Shown: in pieces, positions 1-11,400 of the stretch
Position numbering within the stretch: position 1 is the first letter of the stretch
How the letters are laid out: each line of letters starts with the position of its first letter
From: Spirogloea muscicola
Taxonomy: Eukaryota
Assembly (NCBI GenBank): GCA_009602725.1
Contig: WELB01000017.1
Span: 724,985-744,984 of the forward strand
Length of the DNA stretch: 20,000 bases
Direction of reading: 5' to 3'
Translations under genes and position numbers: made by a program
The notes under the pieces: model-generated
Told to the model about the DNA's origin: nothing
Databases searched by the model: none
What the model saw: only the letters and a program-made list of their open reading frames with translations

Positions 1-489
1 GCCGCCATTGCGCGCCCCCCTCTAGCGCAGGCAGGGGAAAGGCATCTAGCGGTGCGGACGCACAAGCCCGGCCGCCTGCTGCACGAGCAGCTACTGCGCT
101 ACCTCAGAAGGCGCGCCAAATGCGGACCTGGCCGCGAGCCGGCAATCTCGCCGGCTGGCACTGCAAAGACAGCGCTGTAAATGCTCATCGATGGCATCCA
201 AAGCCTGGGCCGGGGTGTCCCCCGCAGCGGTGGTCAGCGAGCTAAAGGGCTGGAGGCCGAGGCAGGCGGTGATGGCCACTTCGTAGCGACGGCCGCAAGG
301 GCCTCGCCTTCGAGGAGCGGCAGCCCAAGCGGACGGCGGCTGCGGCGGCTGCAGCCCAGTGAGCGTGCGCGGAGCGCGGCGAAGGCCAGGGCCAGTGAGG
401 TAGAGGGCAAGGGAGGCGCGCAGCAAGGCCTGGAAGGCGGGCCTTTGACGTCCGGAGACCTGAGGGGATGATTGAGAAGGACGGGGGGG
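1..489 (-). mobile_element. Degenerate fragment of an RLE-type non-LTR retrotransposon ORF (zinc-knuckle to start of endonuclease region)
   Basis: Minus-strand translation FQALLRASLAL...PCGRR...ALDAIDEHLQRCLCSASRR...EVAQ*LLVQQAAGL resembles the F..ALR.RLGL / C...D..G.H...C / RH......AG segment of CRE/R2-group ORFs. In-frame stops; runs into the N gap. Motif match is by eye. Confidence 0.45.
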
Positions 490-1295
490 NNNNNNNNNNN
501 NNNNNNNNNNNNNNNNNNNNNNNNNNNNNNNNNNNNNNNNNNNNNNNNNNNNNNNNNNNNNNNNNNNNNNNNNNNNNNNNNNNNNNNNNNNNNNNNNNNN
601 NNNNNNNNNNNNNNNNNNNNNNNNNNNNNNNNNNNNNNNNNNNNNNNNNNNNNNNNNNNNNNNNNNNNNNNNNNNNNNNNNNNNNNNNNNNNNNNNNNNN
701 NNNNNNNNNNNNNNNNNNNNNNNNNNNNNNNNNNNNNNNNNNNNNNNNNNNNNNNNNNNNNNNNNNNNNNNNNNNNNNNNNNNNNNNNNNNNNNNNNNNN
801 NNNNNNNNNNNNNNNNNNNNNNNNNNNNNNNNNNNNNNNNNNNNNNNNNNNNNNNNNNNNNNNNNNNNNNNNNNNNNNNNNNNNNNNNNNNNNNNNNNNN
901 NNNNNNNNNNNNNNNNNNNNNNNNNNNNNNNNNNNNNNNNNNNNNNNNNNNNNNNNNNNNNNNNNNNNNNNNNNNNNNNNNNNNNNNNNNNNNNNNNNNN
1001 NNNNNNNNNNNNNNNNNNNNNNNNNNNNNNNNNNNNNNNNNNNNNNNNNNNNNNNNNNNNNNNNNNNNNNNNNNNNNNNNNNNNNNNNNNNNNNNNNNNN
1101 NNNNNNNNNNNNNNNNNNNNNNNNNNNNNNNNNNNNNNNNNNNNNNNNNNNNNNNNNNNNNNNNNNNNNNNNNNNNNNNNNNNNNNNNNNNNNNNNNNNN
1201 NNNNNNNNNNNNNNNNNNNNNNNNNNNNNNNNNNNNNNNNNNNNNNNNNNNNNNNNNNNNNNNNNNNNNNNNNNNNNNNNNNNNNNNNNNNNNNN
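490..1295. other. Assembly gap (806 N)
   Basis: Run of N with GC-rich, G-run flanks. Confidence 0.99.
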
Positions 1296-1704
1296 CGCCG
1301 CGCCGCCGGGGGGCCCCCCCGCCCGTGGGGCGGCCGCCGGAGGAGGGAGGGCGGCTTGGGAAGCCTCCCCTCCGCCCCGCCGCCCTGCCCCCGCAGGCAG
1401 GCCGCCCCTGTGCACCAAGCGTGGGCGCGTCGCCGGCTGCGGCTCCCCCCGCCACGCTCCCATCGTCCGGTCGCACTGCTCAGCGCAGACCGAGCTGCTT
1501 CTTCCTCTTCTTTCGTTGCCCTGCCATCAAGGCCAGCAAATAGTGCATCCCGGCGTCGATCTCGCGGGCTCGCTCGCTTACGTGCACCGGATGCATCTAT
1601 CAGTCCCGCGCCAGCGCTCCCAAACATCTCCTTCGCATTCGCGCGCATTGGCTGCTCTTTTAGGCTTCGACGTGGTGGTTCAAAGTGCGGCAGCAAGCTA
1701 CTTG

Positions 1705-1757
1705 ACTTGAGGCTGGCCTCTCACAGCCATCGCCCCCTCTGGAGAGCTTTTTCTTCA
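1705..1757 (+). mobile_element. Solo retroelement 3'-terminal hairpin module (divergent variant)
   Basis: ggctg-gcctctca-cagcc hairpin followed by atcgccccctctggagagc and a tttttcttc tail. Reverse complements of the same variant occur at ~7370, ~7650 and ~15317. Confidence 0.55.
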
Positions 1758-3874
1758 TCGAACGGCTGGCCACCTTCCCTCTGCCTTCCCTTCCACCCAT
1801 CATGTTCACCGTATGTTGTCCTGTTTCGCTTGAGTCTGATGTGATCTTGTTCCTCAGATGACCTTTGTATCATCATGTGCATTGAACATCGTCATGACCC
1901 TCGTTCGAACTCAGGTGATACTTCTCAACCAAGTATTGTGGACCATTCTTGACTATCGTTCACATTCAAACTCAGTGGGTCATGGGAAGTTCTCCGGATG
2001 ATCGATTTATATCAGCAGCAATTGAAAGGGTAAAGATTGCTAGTGTTATGTCATGGCTATTCTGGCAGTGTGCTGTATGACGTATTCCTCAGCGAGCACG
2101 AAAAGTGGACAGGATGAGCAGTTGAGTGATTCAAAGACAAGTGAGACTCTTGCCAGAATGGTTTTACTGGCTCATCAAGAGTAATGAACCTGCTTCCAAT
2201 CGCTTTGCACTAGAATTGGCCTCCGCAGTCGACGAGCGCCCCACCGATTAAGCGTTAAGTTCTTGCAAGAGTGAGAACAGCACAGCTTGCCTTTGAACAA
2301 CGCTGCAACCTACTTCCAATCCTCCTCACAGTACAAAGTGGCAGCTGACCTTGGCCTCGGCAGTTGTGGGTCGCGCCAAGTTCAAGCAGCGACGAACCTG
2401 CAAGTCTTCTCCTTCCTTGCGCAAGACCACATCACTCAGTAGAGCACTAAAGCATACGTCTGCCATTTGCTTCCAAGAGTCTGCTTAAAGTGCAGTTGCC
2501 GAGAAGGAGAAGGATGCATCCCGGGTTAATTGCAGTTGACAGGCCTGGCTGCCGCCACCACTAAGCGTGCAAGATAGGGGAACCTGCGGTGCAGACACAA
2601 CACATAAGCAAGCCGCCAGGGAGGCTTAGTGAGCATAATCATGTCAGTCTGCCAGATTGTTGCAGTTCAAAGCCCAAGGATCAGTCACGGAAGCTGCGGA
2701 GCCCGAACCATAAGCCCGCCATCTGCAGCGTGCTTCTTGCCATGCTTCGTGCCAAACTGGGCTCCGGACGAACACAACGGTGCGATTGAGAAAAGGAGGA
2801 ACGACGTTCCATCGTAGCAGTGTCCTATCCGGCAATAACAGGAGGAGCATCTCGAGGCTTCAGGGAGTGCGCATCGACGACAAGGCTAAGGAGGTTGCGC
2901 CATGCTTCTGCAATGGCCAAGCTGGGCATGTGGATATGTCTCGGGGCTGCTGCTGCTACTGCAGGTCACCAAAGGGAATTGCTTCAATGCCTTTCAGAGA
3001 AGAAACGAGGAGTGCACGTGCCGCAAGATGAGCCGGCCCAAGCCCAGGGGCTGAGGGGAATAACCCCCAGGGCAAAAACCCCCGACAGCAGCGAGGATTT
3101 CGCAAGTGCACCCATACGGGCGCAGCGGGCAGCACAGCGGAGGTGGCACTTGCCGGCAGGGCCGCATACGCCGGGCCGTCACTAGATGGAAATGTTGGCG
3201 TTCGAGTGGAGCGCAGGCAGCAGTGGAGGCTCTGGCTGAGCGAAAGGGTCGGCAGGCCCGGCACGGCCAGCGTCCGAGGCAGGAGGGTATGGCGATAGAG
3301 AGAGCTCGCAGCGACGAGGGCGGCGGGTGTGGAGCGTCGAGCCACACCGGCGCGGAGAGTGTGTGAGCGCGCGAGAGCATGGTGGAGGCGGCGGGGGCGG
3401 GGCTGCTGCAGGTGCTGGAGGAAGAGATAGCCTCCGATGCAAGGCCATGGCTGTGGGTGGCCAGCCCAATGGAGAGAGAAGGCCCAATGGAATGAACAAG
3501 GTCTGAAAGGGCCGGAAGGTGCAACACGGGCGTCGTGGGGGCAGGGGACAAGACGTGCTTTGAGTGATGGAGGCCCTGAGTACGAAGACAAGCACATCTA
3601 TGGATGTGCATCACCTGCTAGTTTGCCGACCCGCTCCGTGACCACGGTCAGCAAGTAGGGAAGGCGAGCGTGGCCAGATTGACTGGTGGCTGGAAGAGGT
3701 AAGGGGGTGAGGACTGTGAGAGCCCAGCCCGAAAAGATGGCAAGGTCCAAAGGGATCGGAAAACGCTGAAATACACAACTAAGCATGTAACATATAGGAT
3801 AGTGACCTCTATTTAGCAGTCACAAGTCAGAGGAGCCGGAGAGCAGTCTTCCTCACGAAAGCCAGAGGTAGCTA

Positions 3875-4401
3875 GAAGAAGAGCTCGCCCATAGAGAAGA
3901 GGGGCTGGCAAAGTTAACCCAAAAAGAATGGACAATGTCCAAAGCCAAAGAAAGAAAGGCCGAAAAAGGACTACACTATAAAGCACGAGACAGTGCAGAG
4001 GGAGATTCAGATGGATGCTCAGTATCCACGTGTGAGCAACAGCAGATCAGAGTAACTCGAAGCAGGAAAAGCGGCACTCTGCCGATACCCGGAAGCAGCA
4101 ACCATAGCACGGCCAGCGCGCGCATGGACCGCATGAGCCAAAGAGCGCTGTAGCGAGACCGGCAGCCTCATCCGAAAGACCTGCGCGAGGGAGCTGGCAG
4201 CATTGAAGCCTGGCGAACCCGGCCGCCGCTCAATGGCCTCCCGGCTGGCTTTTCCAGCCCCTATCCTCAATGGGCGAGCACTTTCTTCTCCCGGGCAAGC
4301 CGCTGGAGGAGATCCAACCAGCCACTGCCGAAGGCCCCGTGTACGTCAATGGCCAGTGCCGTGAAGGCATCGCCTGGAGGGTGGTCAGAGTACTTGCGCT
4401 C
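3875..4401 (-). mobile_element. 5'-truncated RLE retrotransposon, subfamily B (ORF C-terminus + 3' UTR)
   Basis: Minus translation ERKYSDHPPGDAFTALAIDVHGAFGSGWLDLLQRLAR|EAIERRPGSPGFNAASSLAQVFRMRLPVSLQRSLAHAVHARAGRA...SYSDLLLLTRGY* (stop 4019-4021). The K..KY, F.P/A.A.D..G and L.VSLQR motifs are typical of the RLE C-terminus. 3' UTR ends in the hairpin module plus TCTTCTT. Confidence 0.85.
4245..4287 (+). mobile_element. 43-bp retroelement 3' terminus (subfamily A) inserted with a 7-bp TSD
   Basis: CTCCCGG at 4238-4244 and 4288-4294. Removing the insert and one TSD copy restores the host reading frame (LQRLAREAIERR) and matches the uninterrupted homolog at 5661-5685. Confidence 0.9.
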
Positions 4402-4508
4402 CTAGAGCACGGCCAGCACACAGATGCAAGGCAGTAGAGGACCTTTCCGACCTTGTCGATTCTTTCTGGGCTGGCCATTCACACCCCCCGCCCACTTTGG
4501 AGAAGCTC

Positions 4509-4700
4509 AGAAGAAGTGGCTCTCCCCATGGAAGCAAGGGCTGTGAAAAACCAGGTCGAAAAGAATTGACAGAGGTTCGAAGGGGCCAAATGACGGAGGG
4601 GCCTAAAGCGCTTTGTCACAACGGAAGGAGGAGGGACCACTCAGTATCGACGAGTGAGGAGCCTCAGATCCGACAGACTAGCTGCTGGAAAGCAGCTGGA
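4509..4700 (-). mobile_element. 5'-truncated RLE retrotransposon, subfamily D
   Basis: Minus translation FPAASLSDLRLLTRRY*, then a UTR and the variant terminus ...ggtttttcacagcccttg...atggggagagccacttcttct. Related pieces lie at ~17410-17545 (+), ~18190-18250 (-) and ~18580-18690 (-). Confidence 0.7.
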
Positions 4701-5242
4701 AATCAATCCCCTTGGCGAAGGCAAGTAGAGAGTCACCGATCAAAGTCCCAACGCGGTACGACCATTTGCGGGGGTGGGCAGGGAGCTGGAAGGTCGAGCG
4801 GCGCTGGGCGGGGAGGGGGACCGCCGCCCCGGGGGGCTTACCAACCATTGGGCTAGGCTTAACAAGACGCAAGCGCGGCCAGATTGACTGGTGGCTGGGA
4901 GAGGCCAGCCCAAAGGAATTTAAGAGAGATAGTGCTCGCCCATAGAAAAAATGGACAAGGTCTGAAAACCGCTTGACGTAGCCACCAGGCGCCTTACCAA
5001 CCGCGGGGTTACGCTTAATGTAGCCAACCAGTCTGCACTGGCTGGAAAGTGCTCTGGCTTGACTTGGCCTTCATACTCTTCCAATCGTAGCGGATCCGGC
5101 TAACCGATAATCAGTAATCAAAGGTTAGCAGACGGTGCACCGGTCACTGAACCATAAATAATCAGGAACCGGACGGGTTTCACACAATGCGGGGACGGGT
5201 TTCACATCCTGCGGGGTACCCTGTCCGCCCTGGACCTCTTTG

Positions 5243-5690
5243 AAGAAGATGAGCTCGCCCATAGAAGAGAGGGGCTGGCAGAAGCCAGCCAAAAAAAAAG
5301 GACAAAATCCAAAAGAAGGGAAACACAATAGCTAGGCATCGAGACAACTAGACATGACGGAACCACACGAAGTTCAAAACCCGCGGGTGAGCAACATCAG
5401 GTCAGAGTAGCTCGAAGCTGGAAAAGATGCAGCCGGACGAGACCCGGAAGCAGCAACAAGAGCACGGCCCGCGCGCGAGTGGACGGCATGAGCGAGGGAA
5501 GGCGCGCGGGGCGCATGAATTGAAAGGGAGGCCAATTCAAGCCAATACAGGCGCGCGAGGGAGCGTTGAAGGGACACGGAGAGCCGCATCCGGAAAACCT
5601 GGGCCAGGGAGCCGGCCGCGTTGAAGCCGGGCAGCCCCCTGGCGGACCCGGCCGCCGCTCCATGGCCTGCCGGGCAAGCCGCTGGAGGGG
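5243..5690 (-). mobile_element. 5'-truncated RLE retrotransposon, subfamily B
   Basis: Minus ORF GLPGFNAAGSLAQVFRMRLSVSLQRSLA...RAGRALVAASGSRPAASFPASSYSDLMLLTRGF* (stop 5374-5376), then 3' UTR, hairpin module and tcttcttc tail. Confidence 0.85.
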
Positions 5691-5769
5691 GGGCAGCGGC
5701 CGGGGGCATCGGGGGGCAAGCTTTGAACATTGTCCATTCTTTTTGGGTTGGCTTTGCCATTGTAGACTT

Positions 5770-6525
5770 TCCTGCAGCCGGGTCGCTGGCGCAAGTGTAT
5801 CGCATGCGCTTGGCCGTCTCGCTGCAGAGGTCCATGGCCCGTGCGCTGCACCTTCGTGCCGGGAGAGCCCTCGCTGCTGCCTCTGGCTCTGTCCAGGGGA
5901 CCCACTTCCAGGACCCTAGCCTCTCTGATTTGCGGCTGCTTAGCAGGGGTTACTGAGTGATTTGTAGCTGCTTTCTTTCTTTGTGTGCTTTGGTTTCTTA
6001 GCGCTTCCTCTGGCTTCCTCTGGCCCCCTTCTCGTTCTTTGTTCATTCTTTTCTTTGCCAGCCCCTCTTCGCGCGCGGGCCGTGCTCTTGTTGCTGCTTC
6101 CGGGTCTCGTCCGGCTGCATCTTTTCCAGCTTCGAGCTACTCTGACCTGATGTTGCTCACCCGCGGGTTTTGAACTTCGTGTGGTTCCGTCATGTCTAGT
6201 TGTCTCGATGCCTAGCTAGTGTGTTTCCCTTCTTTTGGATTTTGTCCATTCTTTTTTGGCTGGCTTCTGCCAGCCCCTCTCTTCTATGGGCGAGCTCATC
6301 TTCTTACTCTGACCTGATGTTGCTCACCCGCGGTTTTGAACTTCGTGTGGTTCCGTCATGTCTAGTTGTCTCGATGCCTAGCTAGTGTGTTTCCCTTCTT
6401 TTGGATTTTGTCCATTCTTTTTTGGCTGGCTTCTGCCAGCCCCTCTCCTCTATGGGCGAGCTCATCTTCTAGACAGTCCTAGTCGTTCTTCTCAATGGGC
6501 GGGCACTTTCTTCTTCTTCTTCTTG
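5770..6525 (+). mobile_element. Subfamily A copy (5770-6070 plus ~6488-6525) interrupted inside its terminal module by two tandem subfamily B copies (6071-6304, 6305-6468)
   Basis: ORF end AAGSLAQVYRMRLAVSLQRSMARALHLRAGRALAAASG...SDLRLLSRGY* (stop 5954-5956). The host terminus resumes as tcttc-tcaatgggcgggcac with a (TTC)n tail at ~6508-6524. The two B copies share a 3' end but have different 5' truncations. Confidence 0.8.
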
Positions 6526-6559
6526 CCCGTTACACTGGTGGAGACGCCGAGCGCGAAGT

Positions 6560-6975
6560 AAGAAGGTGCTCGCCATTGAGAATAGGGGCTGGAAAAGCCA
6601 GCCCAATAAAGAATCAACAAAGGACGAGACGAAAGCGCGGCCAGACTGACTGGTGGCTGGGAAAGGCCAGCCCAAAGGAATGGACAAGGTCTGAAGTAGC
6701 CGGAGTGCGAAGGAAGCGCGGCCAGATTGACTGGTGGCTGGGAAGGGCCAGCCCAAAGGAATGAACAAAGAACGAGAAGGGGGCCAGAGGAAGCCAGAGG
6801 AAGCGCTAAGAAACCAAAGCACACAAAGAAAGAAGGAAGGACTAGGACATCAGCCAGGGAACGCTCAGTAACCTCTAATCAGGAGATGCAAGTGAGTAGC
6901 TAGCCAGCGGAAAGATGTCGCCCTGACGGAAGCCGGAGGCCGCCGCCAAAGCTCGGCCTGCGCGCAAGTGAACAG
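6560..6975 (-). mobile_element. Stack of subfamily A and C termini plus a subfamily C ORF end
   Basis: The C-type terminus (gcgcggccagattgactggtggctgggaaaggccagccc on +) occurs twice. The host is colinear with 15481-15690 once 6715-6835 (TSD GAAGGA) is removed. Confidence 0.75.
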
Positions 6976-7989
6976 GGTAACGGTCCCTGTACCATCCCGC
7001 TCATTATCGGGTTAGCCCGAAATGTTGCAAGACCATGCACCCGCTCGCCTTCAAGTGACAGCACAATCAAAGTAAGGCGATGGCTGTAAAATAGAACCGC
7101 TTTCCGAAAAGTGGCGCGGGCTCTGAACAGCTCAGCCCGAAATTGATAACAGCTGTGAGGCCAGCCCAAAAGAAAAAACTGGAAGAATAAAGGAAGGGGT
7201 AGAAAGTCAGCGTGTAGTGAGAGAGGAAACTTTTTCAGATGATGAAGATGATGGCTGTGAGAAACAAGAATGGGTGTGAAAAGCGAGCACAACATGGACA
7301 AGATGTGGGGCCAGAAGCGAAGGTTGTGCAGTTTTACGAGCCAAGAGAGAAAGTCCTTCCCATGTGGGGGGCGATGGCCGTGAAAGAAGAAGCTCGTCCA
7401 CTTCAGGAAGTGGCCTGGAAAGGCCGGCCCAAAAATAATGGACAAGGTCCAAAGAGCCAAAAGGCGCCTAACCCATGTGATGAGGGGGCCGTGAAAGGCC
7501 ACCACACAAATTGATGGACAGGGTCCAAGAGGGGCCTCAGCACGTGGCAGATGCGAGTTGGTGCCCAATAACTCGTAGTCAAGCACCAGTTGTACTAGCA
7601 GCCGGGTCGAGAGAATCTCTTCCAGAACGGAAAGAGTTCCTTCAGAAGAAGGCGATGGCCGTGACAGGCGAGCTCAACGGGAATGGACAAGGTCCAAGTT
7701 GTTAGACAGCGTCACTCAGCAAAGCTAGTGGGTATATGGATGACACCTGGTCAACAGTCGAAGGTCAGAAAGTAGCAGCCTGACTCTGTGTAGGAATTAT
7801 GCCTTGAAATTAGTAGAGTCGGAGTCAATACGCGTGAGCTTAAAGGCAGCAGGTAAGGCACAAGAGCGAGTGATGGCCAGAGCGGCCAAGTACAGTAGCA
7901 GGCACATTCTCGAACAATGATTGTCCACAAATATCTGAGCTGGGCTTCCGCAGCCTTCACGGCCGCAAGCTCTAACCAACAACGTGCAA

Positions 7990-8130
7990 GCCCTAGGCTG
8001 GCAGTGACCTCGAGCAAGTCGTGAAACGAGGACCGGTGCAGCCAAAGGCGTCGAGGGGGTCTATGGGCGAGCAATTATGTCGGTGGGGGTTTGGTAGGAG
8101 GCCATAACAGCGGGGACAGGCAACGTCAAA
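7990..8130 (-). mobile_element. Possible degenerate zinc-knuckle/RH(D) fragment of an RLE element
   Basis: Minus frames give VACPRC...DPLDAFG and, frameshifted, HRSSFHDLLEV. Weak resemblance only. Confidence 0.25.
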
Positions 8131-8480
8131 TGAAAGGGTACTGTGAGAGTATCGGGGGCCAGAGTGGTCAAAGTGGTCGAGCTGCAAGCCGGCCAAGGCG
8201 GCGCTGCGCCGGTCCCAGTTCCGGATGTGGGCCCCCCGGCCCCCTCGCACTGTGCGCCAACGCTGGCCCGCCAGCGCCAGGCCGCAGCCCAGCCATTGGA
8301 GCCCGCGGCTTGGCGCGCACGATCGCTGAGCTCAAGCCTGGCCTTTCATCGAACACGCACTTCCTTATGCATCTCGAGCGCTCACTCCCTCGCCACGCCG
8401 GCCGCTCGCCTGCACAAGCTGGCCGCGCTCGCCACGCTGCCCGGGCTGGCAGGCCCACGTCCGCCCTGGCAGTCCCAGCC

Positions 8481-11400
8481 ATGGGACCGCCTCAGCACGG
8501 TGGCTCTGCTGCCCTGGGAGATGGGGCACACTTCAGCCGCACGTCGAGGCCGGGTGGTCGTGCACGAAGCGCCGCGCTTGTGCTGACCGCAGTCTTCTGC
8601 ACTTGGAGCTTCCGGGTGAGAAGTCAACTGCGGTGCAGGCCTCGGCATCCTGCGTCCGTGTTCTCGTAGCCTGCCCTCCGCGCCCCAGGCTACTTGCTCG
8701 TCAAGTCCGGCTCCCAACTTCAGAACACACAATTGCTTCGGCTCCATGCCAATGGACCGTATGCCGCGTATTGACAGTCAAAGGCCTTGGGTCGTGCCAA
8801 TGCTGGTGTCAGATGGATCAGTCGGCAGCTGCAGAGGTGTGGTCCGATGCAGGCATAACACATGGAAAGGCAGGAGCACGCAGCACCCTTGATACTCCTA
8901 CACCCGCATCCTCGCCGCCAACATTCCGGGGGATCACGTAGGTCCACGGATTGTCAGGCTTTTATGGCCTCGCTTTGCTCTGTTCTGGCAGCACTGAATC
9001 ACTAAGCATAGGACCCACATTGCTGCTCCCTGACCAATGCATTTTGAAGTGCAAAGCTTCGAGTTGCGCCTTGACCAAAGCACACAGCAGTTTTGAGATT
9101 TGCAGCTTCCAAGGCTTGTCTTCACTTGGCCCCTCCGAGTACCTCTGTTGTACATGTAGGGTGCTAGAGTCGGCCAAAGCCAGTGACTTCCGGGTAATCG
9201 GTGTGGTGCATCGCAATGCTGTGCAGCTATCAGGGAGGGCCCATCCTTAGCGGGCCTATTCTGGACGTCTATCTTGTGTGGTATGGAACGTGGCCATCTG
9301 AGGCTGACAAATCCGTGATTCGCAACTTGATCAGATCACTTGACTATAACACCAACTCAAACCAGCAGGGCTCCACGTTACAGGTCAGTCGAGGAAACTG
9401 GCCACTATACTGCACAAGCTTCTTGCCATGTGGCAATTGATGGAGAATTATGATGGGCTCTCCAATGTTCCATGTAACTGTCAGACACAATACTGAAGCG
9501 CTGCTAGAGCTCACTGCAGCAAGATAATAAAGCCCAGGTCATGATTGGTCGTGACCTCTGCTTATGTCCATCTCTTCTCAGAAATGGTGGAATGTGGCAC
9601 ACACCTACACCGACAGTACAGGTGCAATGGTCAGCAACAACATCTCTCTGACTGGAGAGGGTGTAGATGTATACTCCTATGGCCGATACTTGTATGTCAA
9701 CGTCGACAACCAAAACCTGCCCGATATCAAAGACATCTTGGACAACCAACTGGACAATGGCTACCTGCCAGCTGATGTGAACGGGGTCTACTTCTTGATC
9801 ACAAGTGCCGATGTTTTTGTCTTGGATGCTACTGGTAATAACACCCCCCGTCTATCAAGTCAGTTTGGTGTAATTTTCTCCCGTGCTTTAGGCCTCGCTA
9901 AATGGTGCAGCTTATCTAACAGACTGTAACTCCATATTCTGGGCTGTCTGCAGTCCTGCATTCGGTATGGCAGAGGGCTGTAACCGGATCCTAAGAGCTT
10001 CAGTCAGCCTGAATTCAGGATCATCTGATAGAGCTGAATCTGAGAGCTCATCCTTGCTTCTTTGTGATACAGACAGCAGTGGCGGCCTCTGTGGTCCAGG
10101 CACCAGAGGCTACTGCTCACAGCACACTATGGAGTCTTACCTCGCTACAGATTTCATCACAACGTAAGCAACCTTGTACCGAGGGAGCACTCATGGAATT
10201 TCACAATTGTCCTTGATTCCGCTTCCCGGATTTTACCTCCTCTGGCTAATTTGTGACAACAAAGCATCCGCATGGGGTTTGCATGCTTGGTGCGAGGCTG
10301 GTACGGCTGTCTAGACCCGAGCTGATGACCACATACATTATCTGTCTTGTTAGTCAGCCACCTCACCTACCTTTCTTGGCCACACAATGCAGCACCTCCC
10401 TCAAGTACGCAGTGCTGGGCGACCCCAGCCAATGCCCTGAGCAATGTATCCCTTTCCAGCAAGCAAATCCAAGCGCGCAAGCGCCAAATGGCAATTGGGC
10501 CATTGATGGCTTGGCCAACATTGTTGCAGCCGCACTGGTCAACAGTGCCACCAACCCATCCGGTATCAGTGGAGGGCCTCTTGGATGGGTCAGCAATCTG
10601 ACTGCAAGTACGCAGGAAGAAGTGGCCAGCAAGTGCACGCAGTCGTTTGGGACCCTTGCAATCGACGGCAGTGTCGAGTACAACTTGATGGGGATGGGCG
10701 GCCAGAGGTGAGCGCTTCTGAATGAGCTCATGACTGACTCCCTGCTCACAGTCTGGACGTCCACTAGAAAGTGTCCTGATGGAGGCACAAGTGTGCGTCC
10801 GCTTGTGCAGGTTTGCGGTACAGCAGATCTGGGATGCTCTTGCAGGCTCATGCTCGCTTGGCGACCCAAATCCTGCTCCTCCCCCTCCGCCGTCTCCCCC
10901 TCCACCGCCTCCCCCCCAACCTCCTCCGCCCCCCCCACCTCCACTTCCACCTCCTCCTCCCCCTCCCCNGACAACGACGCCGCCTCTGCTGTCACCTCCA
11001 CTCACACCACCTCCCAGTCCTCCACCTTCGCACCCCCCTCCTCCTCCACCTTTGTCACCTCCTCCGCCTCGCCCTCCCCTTCCGTCACCTCCAAGCCCTT
11101 CCCCTGTCCCTCCTCTGCGTTTTCCCCCTGCGCCAGACACCCCCCTTTCCCCTCCTCCTCCTCCACCTCCTGCTCACATGCTACCTCCTTCTCCTCCCCC
11201 TCCTCATACCCCACCTCCCCATTCCCTTCACCCGCCGCTATCTCCTCCCACTCACTCTCCCCCTCCACAACCTCTATTTACTCCCCCCCACCATGATGTG
11301 GCGCCTCCATCTCCTCCACTCACCTCGCCACCTCCTCGTCTTTCGCCGAAGCTCCTTGCTCCTCCATCCACGCCGCCTCTCATAGTTCCTCCAACCTCCC

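Larger units (their letters stand above)
3435..7710. mobile_element. Nested cluster 1 of 5'-truncated RLE non-LTR retrotransposon copies (both orientations)
   Basis: About 20 full or partial copies (counted by eye) of the GGCTGG-n-CCAGCC terminal module, several ORF C-termini ending L[TS]RG[YF]*, and internal TSD-flanked insertions. Confidence 0.85.

Noticed and set aside
91..1844. Long 400+ aa ORFs in the ORF track
   Set aside because: Artefacts of translating through the N gap.
1480..3380. Possible minus-strand gene starting at ATG 3380 (ccaccATG, transit-peptide-like MLSRAHTLSAP...)
   Set aside because: Candidate downstream exons contain stops in the frames I tested and there is no recognisable domain. 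It could be a pseudogene, but I cannot support a call.
3875..6470. Helitron 3' ends (hairpin followed by CTAG)
   Set aside because: CTAG follows only some copies. TSDs, variable 5' truncation and attached RLE ORF ends fit non-LTR elements, and Helitrons make no TSD.
6900..7586. 228-aa and other mid-size ORFs in the repeat clusters as host genes
   Set aside because: They read through stacked retroelement UTR modules and show no domain or splice structure.
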